The notes beneath the pieces were generated by a model that had not been told where the DNA came from, made no database searches, and saw nothing but the letters and a program-made list of their open reading frames with translations. From the NCBI RefSeq assembly GCF_902459465.1, contig NC_047080.1:11470001-11534000 (forward strand): a DNA stretch of 64,000 nucleotides. The letters run 5' to 3'. Each line of letters begins with the position of its first letter. Within the stretch, counting starts at the first letter, position 1. Below are positions 10,415 to 22,400 of this stretch, in pieces. Both the position numbers and the translations under genes were made by a program. The DNA is from Asterias rubens. Its lineage: Eukaryota.

Positions 10415-13400
10415 CTGAGGGTAGAATCAGAGGGGAATAATCAAACATTGCTCCATACTGACCCAAATGCACATTTGTGGGTTGGTATACTGCTTTATAA
10501 TGAATATAACGTTCCTTCCTATTTCAAATTTTTTTGACAATTTTTTTAAAGAATTTGAATGAAAATTTTGAAGAGAAAAAAAAATGAAAAGGGAAAAAAA
10601 TAAATAGTGATAATAAAAATGTTGATGTAAACAATAGTTGGTCGGTCGCTCAGGAGAAAAAGGCAAACAATTTGTTTCCCGCCTTATCAATCGCTGCATT
10701 CAGAGTAGTAGCAGCCAGTTTGGACATCTAGTTTACCCCCAGTGTTTCAAATCCCACTAAATCTTGTATTTCTACTCACATTATATCATCCATCTCTAGT
10801 TTGAGATCAAAGCTAGGGTTGATCAACACGTAGGATAGTTTGTGTCTCTTATCGCTTACTTCACTGTCTGTATGGGGGAGCAGAATAAACAAAATGATTA
10901 TTTTAAATAAGAAAGCTCAGTCATAAACACGGCAGGGAGTTTATGCGATCTGATTGGTTGAAGAATGAAACCAAGGTAATGCCAAGCAAGCGTCTTAAAA
11001 AACAACAACAATTTTGGTGGCTTAATTTGTAAAGTGCATAGTCTGGTTTCTTCAAAGTATGCACAAATGATAATTATGTGATAAGAATCTAAAACAAATA
11101 TATAGAACGGGGGCCTACAGTATATCACATTTTTAGGGTCACACCGGCAAAACATCTGACCTGGCAACTTTAAACTAAGTAAAACATATTTGTTAAATAA
11201 CAAATATTTTTTTGAATTTATTTCTTACCATATTCTTCTGGAGGGAGGTCTATTTTCTTCATCTTCATTCTGATGATGCTGGCAATCTCTTTCCTCTCAT
11301 CAGACTGGCCCAAGGAAGAATTATCGTCATCTTCTATGGTCACAGACAACTATAGAAAACAACAAACCACAATAATAGTAAGCATTTCTATGGCACTCTA
11401 CGATTAACAAAGCAAGAAAAAAGGAAAAGAAAAACAACTTTACTCCATAAAGTTAAATACCTCTGACTTCCAATGTGAGTACACACATAAAACACTACAT
11501 TTCCCAACACTTATGTAAATGGCAATGTTCCATACCTCTGACTTGTTATCGGCGTGACTGTGTGTCCTGTAAACACCAATGGGTATTTCATGCGTGGTAG
11601 AGCAGAGTTTTTGGTAGAGGCGGCCGTAGGTTCGAATCCACATGTCCTCGGCTATTATTCTCAGCTCACAGAGGTACCCTGAGCCAGGAGCTTGGTCCAA
11701 CCCAAGAAGCAGACGGGTGAAACTGATCATGTAACTTTTTACATATGACTGAATGACGGAAAAGATTAACAATTAATTTGTATAATAATAACAATTCTGC
11801 ATCTGTACTCAGCGATTATTCACAATATTTTTCAAAGCAATTTGATTTTAAATTTTTTTATTTTAAGCTGGATTTATTCACAAATTGTTGTTATAAATGA
11901 TAGGTAGGCAGATAGATAAAATGGCTCATAGTCAAAAGAAAAGGCTCAAGATTGAGTTTGGTAAAACAAACTAAAGAGAGATTGTGTCAAACGACCATTG
12001 CAGGTACCCTTTTACTCCTGGGTGGTTAGTAGCAATTGTAGTACAATAAGACTCACCTGATAGAGTAGTGTATCCAACATGCTTGCACTGAAAACATTGC
12101 CAGCAGAGAAAGGCAATCTGAACATGTAGGCAATATTAGAACCTTTCTGTTTCTCAATCTGTTATCAGAAAATAACAATAATATTAATCAACTCGTTACT
12201 TAAATGTTTTAACACAAACAACCGTTGCTGGTGACCAACTTGTTGGACCACTCTTAGTGTGAAGCACATACATATTCTTACACAACAGAAGTTTTTGTTC
12301 AAAGGCCAATTTGTGCACATTCTGTTTTCATGTTGGTTAACAGCAGAATAAAGCAAAGGCCAAGCGAGTTTTTTGTGTTACAGTTCTCGAAAATTCAAAG
12401 TTCGCATTTGCTTAAAAAATGTCTTTTGACCCGGGAGATTTTATAATGATACCTTTTCCCTGCTTTCTTGTACAATTCTTGTTGGTATTAGGGCGAGAGA
12501 CGAATCTAGTTTACCTTTTGTTTGTCGGCCATTTTGAGTGCGTAGGTGTCCTTTGCTCTGAACTGCATAAATCTCATGTTTGATGGATGTGTTAGCTCGG
12601 TGATGATGCTCACATGTGGGAACAACCTTGAAGAAAATCATCAGAAATTATTGCATCTTTTTCTACTGATTTAAACAGAATTGTGCTAAGTAATATCATT
12701 TTGGACCTGATTTCGTAGAGCTGCTTAAGCACAAACAGCAGCTAAGCACAACAATGTTATGCTTACCAGAATAAGGTTACCAGCCAAACTACCATGTCAG
12801 ATGTGCCATCTATGACTGGAATCCTGCTCAATATTGCTCAGCAACATAATTTAGGCAACATTTTATGCTTAAGGTATGAGTTTAGGCACAGCTTTATAGA
12901 ACTTGGATCGATTTCAAAAGGTGCTTAGATTTGTTTTTAGATGAGTTGTCAATATTACCATAATGATTAGTGTTGTGACACCACACTTTGATACTCATGT
13001 GTTTCTGTAGATAAGATAAATCTTAGCTTTTAGTGAAATCCGCCCCATGGTTGTCACTTACTTGAATAGTGTTTGTACAGCAACAATTTGATTAGCGTCG
13101 GCCATGTAGTCTTCATCGGCTAGTTTGGAACTCTCCTTGTCAACGACGACCACTGTATCAGCTTGAAGGATACCAGCCCTCAAGACATCATCGTAACTAT
13201 AGGCAACCAAATAAATCAATCAAATTATTCAATGTGTTCTTCTCTTCTAGCAGTCGGCTCAAAAATAATTGTTGATGGAAGTTTTTTATTGACTTACTTT
13301 TCAATTGTTCCAATCATGTAGTAGACCATGGGGAAGGATAAGATGCAATCCAAGAAGGAGGAATCTGGCCTGAAAGACAGGAAAGGCGCAGAATGGTAAT

Positions 13401-16400
13401 AACATCATATCAAAGTTGAAATTGTATGTATGTTTATCAAATTAATATCATTACACGACTGACTGTTAATGTACAATCGAATTAACTTCATTTATTATGA
13501 GTTGGGGTTGAACAAGGACCAATTTACAAAAGCGGGATTTGAACCAATGACCTTTCACATTAAAATGCCGGTGCTCTACCAACCAATAAGGCCAATAGAT
13601 TGTAACAAAAAAGTCAAAAGGTAGCGGTTGATAGATTCTCTACATCATTTCAAATAGACATCTGAAGGATTGGTCACTTCATGGGCTGAAAATCAATGAA
13701 AAATCCTGAAATCAATAGAAATCCTAATTAATCACATACCTGCTTCCAATAGATTGTCAAAACATTACTAAGTAGGCCTACTATCACAACATGTCTGCGT
13801 GAAACATCTAAACAAACGACCAACTTTGGCAAAAAAACATTGCCCCAAATACGACAAGATTGTTACCTCTTTTCTAGAAGAACAACAATTGGCTTGAGGG
13901 TGTGTTTGGGTCGCCAGTGAGCCCTCAGTGGTACTACAAAGTTGATCATAGCTAAGGCAGCATACTCAGCAGCGATAATGATGTTATTATTTGGCCAGTT
14001 ATACTCGGCTGCATGTCTGTAGCTGCAGTGCTCACACGGCTGGAAAAAACAACAACAATAACAAATAACATTTTAAAGTGAAACATTGTCTGGCAAACTT
14101 TTTAAGCTTAGATAAATTACTGGAGAAAGGGCATAAGCAATTGATGTGCAAAATTGTGTTTCAAGACAACTCGGTGTGAAAGTTTGATCAGTTTTGTTGC
14201 ATATCATTTAAGCCTGGTTCATACTTCCTGCAAATGCGAATGCCAAGTGAATTATGGACACGCAACTATCGGTACACGCTCAACTTCCTTTTGAGACGCA
14301 ATGAAACTCGCTCCGCTCGAAGCATTCGCAGGAAGTATGAACTGGTCTTAAGTCATCACAGGAAAGTTAAACTCTGCATGAGTATGGGAAAACATCTCTT
14401 CAGGGTAATTCTAGCAACAAAAATGTAACAGTAGTGTCACATGATTTGTTTGTGTCAAGAGCCATTTTATAGCAATATAACGATACATCATTCTGTTTTA
14501 GAACATTGCACTCCCATTTGAACAAGTAATAATAAATATTATGTTTGTGAAAACAAATAGTTTACCTGATCCAGTTCCAAGCAGCAGAACTGTTTAGGTT
14601 TGGTGAGCAGATGGCAGAGGGCAGGGGTGTAACCAATGTAAGGTAAGAAGGGCGGAGTTCCTTTAGTCCACCTGAGTCAATAATGTCACATCAGTTTTAA
14701 TTAAAAAGTCAACAAGGTCGCTAATGGAATTCTAGAAATAACACTCACAAACAGAAGCAAAGACAAAATTAAGTTTCGATAAATACATGAATCAAGTTGT
14801 ACAGCTAGTGATGTATGTATGATGTTTATGTATGAGTTGAAGTTTTGCATGGTATGACATGGTTTTAACGATTCAATTAGAAATCATTGTGATAGACAGA
14901 TTCAATTAACTACCAGTGCACTATAGCATGTCATAAGCAATTTCTGACATTTTTATTTCTAGCCTAAACGTAAAGTCTAAAATACACCAACAAGAGCCAT
15001 TAAAAATAAAACAAATACAAATTTTAAATACAGACAACAATATGTGCAAGTGAAGACTGAATATATTTGATAAAACAAAATGTGCGCTCAATGTGAGAGA
15101 AGGTGAGAGAAGGTGTTTAAATGACACTGATTTGACATCTTGGGTCAGAAATAACCTAAGTTGCAAGAATTTGCTCTTGTGCAGCCAACTTTGATTTCTT
15201 GGATTCAAAATGATGTGATGAAAGAGAGGCTGGATGGCAAAATAGTCTGGTATCTTGTGATGTAGTACTTGTTTTAATCATTGTTGTTTACAGGGAACAA
15301 CTCAAAAGGTGGACCTATCACATAAAAAGATCTTGCGGTTAAATTTCAACACGGTTTGTGCTGGAGGTAGAATTTGGCAAAATGCATACATGCTACTTGC
15401 ATGCTTCATGTTATTTAATTATTGCATACATTGTTCTATCTAATCCTTATCTGATAGCAATGTTAGCTAACTTTATCCTGCAACCCAAAGGGAAGGCATA
15501 AGGAAACGGTCGTTACAAAAGCCTTTAAACTAATGCAATGATGCAATGATACTTGACCAGATACAAACATTAGCTAGATACATTGTAACAGTGTTTTATG
15601 CCACATACATTGTTCAGCATTAGTTATTCAACAAAATGAGAGTAACTGGGCCTATCATGATCAGCATTATAACAATTGGAAAGGTTTGACTTTTGCTGAA
15701 AATTCATGGCTGCTGTCAACAGCAATAACTGAAATTAACTTCAAGTTATCAGAAAGGATGATCCAATAAGACAACTCTGATCCCAATCACTTCGAGCGAG
15801 GAAAAGTTTTTTTCTTCACCACATTGGAAAAGTGAAAGTGCCTCAATTTGCTCTCAAGCTCTCTTGCACAAAACTAATGATTAAGTGACTTTGGATAGGT
15901 TACCAGCCCAGTTACTGACATTTATATCTGCTTAAGCAGTCTAGGTCCCATCCAGAATGTGCCAGCCATTGAAACATTAGTCACATCTTGCATTCGAGAC
16001 AAAGAGTTAAATGGCAAATTTAGACCTTTAAAACAAATGCCACTTTTAACTGTTTCTACAGTCAATCACCAATTTGAAAAACAAAATTTGGAAAACTTGC
16101 GACTGGCACATTTCTTTAGGGTCAAGCTCACCAAAAATATGAATAAAAAACAAGCGACATTGCGATATTAACTCCTTACGCTTTTGCTTGGATCATGCTG
16201 GCATCCAGGGTTTGGCTGGAAAAGGGTATGCGTGGGAATGGGAAATGGAACAGCCAAGGGGAATATATGAATATATGAATATTAATGAACACAGAGCAAT
16301 CCAAAATGCAAAATGTCTGATTAGTAGTGTGTGACTCAAGCAAAATGTTGAACCCTTACATTCTGACTCCACTCATGCTGGCTGCCAGCTGGTCGCTGAT

Positions 16401-19400
16401 TAAGTATGCACAGAAAATGGAATAGCCCAGAATATATGAATATGTAATTTAGCAGAAGTTTCTAAAATCCCAATTTTTCTCATGCGGGTTTCGTGTTTAT
16501 GAATTACACAAATCAACATAAAGAATCCACAAATTTTATTTCCCACAGAATCCATTCTGACATTGGATGGAATCATGCTTTCTGAAAGTTAGAAACTGCC
16601 ACAAAATTAAGAGGAAGTATAATAATGTGTTTTTTTCTCCCAAATTTAATTTACACACCAAGTGATGATGCAGGACAAAACAAACGTTCATCAGGTGCAA
16701 AGTATTATATGATCTTTAAGAGTATTACCTAGAAAGTTAAAGAAAGCTATTTATGGGGTAAACAAAGAATGATCTCACTATAGAGTGTGAGGGGACCGTA
16801 AGAGGGCATTGGAGGTCAATTAATAAAATCTTGCACAAAAATAAATTCAAGGTTTATCAAGTTATACTACAGGACTTCCCATAAGCCTTTTGGAGGTATG
16901 GCGAGTGATAGGGGTGTACTGCTTGGTTTGGGTGTATACACTCAAATTTACCCAAACCTTATAGTGTTGTAACATTGTGTCCGCCATGAGGTATGGCGGA
17001 CGTGATAGGAGTGCACTGTTTGGTGTGGGTGTATACACACAAATTTACCCAAACCTTATAGTGTTGTAACATTGTGTCTGCCATATCTCATAAAAGGCTT
17101 ATGGAACAGGCCTTCGTGAAGAATATGACTGTTTCCAAATTGGTCGCTACAGCCTCTAACTGGGTGAGCCAGAACTAGCCACCAATTTGGCCACAACCTA
17201 ACTATCTAAAACATGAGCAAAATTGCCTCTAAAGTGTCTCCGGAAATAAAACCTCAAATGATGGATCAGGAAATAAAAGTACTTACGGATCCTCCTCATC
17301 CCAGAGCTGTACATCTTCAGTGTCAACAAGATCAACTTGCTTCTGAGCATGAAGCAACTTCTCATCCCGTGGCTGCTCATCCTCTGGATCCGATGACATC
17401 ATCTCCAACACTGGCATGATGGATGGCCGGCGCCCTCTGTTGGCAGCGGCTGGCATCAGGAAGCCGTTGTCACCGTCCTCGCCCGCTGGGGGCATGAGGT
17501 GGTTGCGATCCATGGAGGAGGTGCCTGCCATCATCTCCAGGGAGGTACCTGAGGGGGAATGGAGTGGAGAGGAACGAAGGAGATATGGGTACTCTAAAGG
17601 GAGGCGGAGGAAGACGTGATGTTTGAGACGGAGAGAAACAAATATAGAGACGTTTGACGAGGAAGGACAACTAGACTTACAAAGACAGTACACTACACTA
17701 AGGTCCACTACACACACTGCTCTGAGCTGAAAACACATCCACAAATAAGTAAGCCTTACACAGTGAAGAAAGTAACTAGCTAACTAATTTAGCTAGAAAG
17801 TAAGAATTTTAAACGATGTTCTGAGGTAAACAAGAGACTTTGAAGCAACACGTTCACTCTCATTTGGGACTGGTTATGCTATTGGGAAAGCTAGAAGTCT
17901 GAACATGTCTATGCACGATTGACTCTTGGACTAAATTGCGAGGTTACGACGTCTGACCTCCTCCACGATGATTGGGTCAGGTGCGTCAAATCTGAACCAA
18001 TATATCCCCTCTCTTCGGACACATGAATGTGATGCTTGATGTACGTTAACTAGCACAAACCAAAATGACAGGTGTTTAGTAAACAGGTGCTAATTAATAC
18101 CTGACGATTCTCTACCTTCAGGGGACATGTAACTCTCTCTTGCTTTGGCTGGCCTGGTGGTTGCTGATGCCGTAGGGGATCCTGGTTTCCCACCGATGTG
18201 ATGCAACTCCAGTGCCAGTGTCCCTACGCTAGCGATGGCACTCTCAACCTTGGTCATCCCGCCGTTCTCAGGCGGCACATAATTCGATGTCTTACTGCTG
18301 TCTGTCTTCTCCTTCTGCTGATCCTCACGAGGATGGCGTAAGATGAAGGCGGAGTTCTCCTCCTTAGAGATGTTCATGTAGAAGCAGATGTCTGTACTGC
18401 GCATGATGTGACGGGGGCCGGGATTGAGCTGGATGGTGGCTCCCTCGTCAGTCTTCTGGATACCTATAAGGGCCACTCCGAATCTGAAACAAGTACATAA
18501 CAGACTTAGTGTGTGAGAAGCGCTTAAGTTATTATGTGATGTGTGTGTGGGCAAGTTTAACATAAGACTTTAGGCTATGTATTGTGGAAACAAACTAAAT
18601 ATTAAGTAAGGTTTGCGGTGACACCATGTAAAATCTACTATGTGAGTAGTGGTGGCTCTGAGAAGAGCCAGTTTGTTCTGCTCTAACAGACAAACTTGTT
18701 CTGGAGCACAACAAACTGGGTCTTAGCATAATGATGTACTTACTTTTTGTGAGCGTGGAATGATGCATAAGTAAAGCTCTTGCTCTCATATTCTCCAAAG
18801 AATCTACTGTCACCAAGCTTGATGTGGTACACCTCGTTGCCTGAACATCGTCCGTATGTACGCTGCCACTGAGAATTGGAATCACTGCCTTCCCTGGGTA
18901 GCAGAAAATCATAAAATTGTTATCTTCACAAATTTGTTTGTTATGAAACTAACAACTTCAATTTTGAGACTTCAAATATCAACAAAAGGATTAAATGGAA
19001 TTATAGTAGCACAGGACACCCTGAAGCTTACTCAGGGTGAGATTTGCATTCTTAAATTTTTAAACCAAAGATGTAGAGGCAGAGAAGCTTTTTATCTTGG
19101 TGATAATGTCCAAAACTGTACCGCTGGTCCTTAGAACATTTTTCAGCAAATTTACACTTTTTTCTTCTTCATCAACTCAGTGAATAAGGGACCAACATAT
19201 AGTATTGACATTTAGATGTTTAAAAACAATTATCTGATAACTATCTGAAGACTTCTAGTGGCAATAAATGAGATTAAAAGGCAGAATATCGTGGCTGTAC
19301 TTACTGTCCCCTTGAAGTGTGTATGAGTAGGGTGACGAATGTTGAGGTGGCAGGACAAAGACAGTTGTTGGCCAATAAAGCATATTTGAATTCATCCTCA

Positions 19401-22400
19401 CACACCACATGGTCTGGAAATAGACATCAACCGTAGTTAACAAGACAGATTACGTAGCAACATAACCTGATACTATTGAATTTATTTGTTACTTTCTTGT
19501 ACTGGAACAAATTTAGCAATCCTATAAAAACATTGTGCCTTATAGTGTTAGATTCCACCTAAAAGAAATGCATTTTAAAACAGGCGATAATATGTTTTCA
19601 CATAGGCCTACTATTTGTTTTTTCTTCCAACCACGCTTGATCCATATCAAAACCAGGTACCTCTTGCCAAACTCAATAGCAGGTGTATTTGCAGATCAAA
19701 TAGATGAGACAAAGAAATTAAACAATGCCGCCTAATTAGGGTATATTTAAGGGCATATCAGAATTGGCAGCTACATCTATAAATATTGCTAAAGGTGGTT
19801 CCTAAGGTAATCCTATACTTCATGAATGATGGCATGGCAATAAGCCTTTTTGAGGTATGCCGGACGTGATACACAGCGTCTCGTCACACGCCGCGACTGA
19901 TGCCACGCTCACCATGTTGGTGGTCATTATGTTTGCGTGTAAACGCCGCATCGCCTAAAATGCACACTTCACTGAATAACATACGTTCTATTTCTATGGT
20001 CAATGCGCACAAATTTACCACAACTTTACAGTGTTGTAGCATTGTGTCCGCCATACCTCAAAAAGGCTTATGCATTCATAGCCATAGCTGTAACCGCAAA
20101 TTCCTACAGATAACAAAAGATAAGTGTTTCTAAAAATATTAAAATGTTAATGTGGAGTGAAATTTACTGAGAGTTCAAAGTTACCTGCAAACTGCACATG
20201 GAATCTATTCTCAGGCTTGAGAATCTGGACATACAACGACACATTGGGGGCAAAATCCTTGACTGACCATGTTCTTAGAATTGTCTGCTGATCCTGCAAA
20301 AATAAAGAGCCAAGAAAGCTTATTCATCTCTTAACTTATAACTTCTCTAAACAAGATTTGAAAACATTGGTTTCTCTCCCCGACTTTCACCTCTGTGTCC
20401 CTGCTTCAAATCCCAGCTCAAACAAGAGCTTTTCTTATGGCTTCAACCAGAGATAAATTTGGGTAAAGGAACATGAAACCTGCATTTCTAATTTAAGAAT
20501 AAGTTGAAAAGTGATTTGGAAATAACAGGGTGCTTATTTGAAGGTTCCCTGTGAAGCTAAATTACCGCAATTTGAAATACTCAACAGAAGTTTTAACAGT
20601 TTTCCTACAAATTATACCAATCTGTACCAGTTATCTTCATATCGTGTGAGTAATTAAGGTTTAGTAGAAATGAAAATGAAATCAATCCGCATGCAGACCA
20701 CAGTTCAACTTATAACATTGATTGTTTTAAACACAATTTTAGTAGAAGAGTTTATCAAGCCCTTCTAAAACACTTTAAAAAAACTAACATAATTGCATTC
20801 AGTACATTCCACGTTTAGATAGCAGACAGATAATCTTTTAGGTATTACGTACATTTTTTAACTTTTATTCTACATGCATGCAAATCATCATTTCTGGATA
20901 TATGTTTTCCAAGGCTTATTAAAAAATCGCCGTAAATAATCAGGAAAAAAGAAGAAAAAAAGAACTACAATGCATATGCCTGACACTAACTAGCTACTGA
21001 ATAAGTTCAGGGTAGAATGTTTAATGAGTCAATAAGCAACATTTTAAAAATTAAAATGGGTGCAATTATTATAATTTTGCCCTTTGAGTCAAAGAGTTAA
21101 AAACCCTTGTTGGTTAAGATTAGGTAACAACAAAACCGAGAAAAAAAGAAAGAAAACAATCTAAATAAACAGAATCTAAAGAAAATGCACACAAGGTTTT
21201 AAGGAACACGTTGCCTTAGATCGGTCAAGTTGGTCTTTGAAAAGCATTTGTAACCGTTTGTTAAAAAATGCATATGGTTAGAAAGATAATTTAAAAGTAG
21301 AATACAATGATCCACACAAATTTGCCTCGAAATTGCGTGGTTTTCCTTTTACTTTGCGAACTTACATGATCGGCCATTTATGGAAGTCAAAGATTTGACT
21401 CCCAAAAATGGCCGACCGTGTTAGTCGACGAGGTAAAAGGAAAACTACACAATTTTGAGTGATACTTGTGTGGATCATTATATTCTACTTTTAAAATATC
21501 TTTCTAACCATATGCATTTTATAACAAACAGTTACAAACGCTTTTCAAAGACCAACTCGACTGATCCAAGGCAACGTGTTCCTTTAACTTCAAAAGATAT
21601 ACTATTGTTTGAAACACATTTTCAAATTATCATTCAAATGTTTCAGGATTTGGTGTAAGATGCACTTATTGAACAGTGAGGGTACTCAAAAGATTGTGTA
21701 CTTTCAATGGCAAGCAGCTCAGCTCTTACAGCCAAATATTACTGTTAAGTTTCGGCATAGCAAAAGAACCAATTCAAAATGTGAACATTTTCATGGGGGA
21801 ATATAAGCTGTAACTACTTGATGAAGTGTACCATTGTATTAATCAATTATTGTCAAATCATAAACACCTTTAATTAGTTTCCCACTTTGCTACAAATTTG
21901 TCCCAAAACACCATTGAAAATTGTGCAGAAAAACTTAATTGTTGTAAATGAAAAATATGTCATTTATGATAGTAAAAAACATTTGATCCGCTCTAACAAA
22001 ATAGTTCCAAAGTCACAAGTCATCTTAAGTCGTATTGTGTCAGTAAGAAAGTTATGATTGTTTAAGAAGCCAGAACTAAGAAAGTATGAACTTTGGACCT
22101 TAAAAAGTGAGAGTGCATTGACTGATCACATTTCACCTGAGTGTACAAGGATTGTGATTGTATCAAATCAAACAAAAATAAAAGAACAAAAATTAAAAGA
22201 AAAGATCTGAGATTCATCTTCCTCCTTGCTCTCTCCTGACCAGAGAAGGAATCAACCTTGAGCCTAGCAACCAAACTTAACACATGAAGAGAAAAGAGAT
22301 TTTGGAAGGGGAGTCTGAATAGAGAGTGGTTGAATACTATAACCAATGTCGCAGTCATGAAAAACACCACCAAAATTGAGTACCCCCAAAGAATGCACAC

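Noticed and set aside
10202-10537. 111-aa plus-strand ORF
   Set aside because: Antisense shadow of the Slo2 terminal exon.
17416-17670. ORFs 17416-17619 (+) and 17470-17670 (-)
   Set aside because: Antisense or alternate-frame shadows of the GC-rich Slo2 linker exon.
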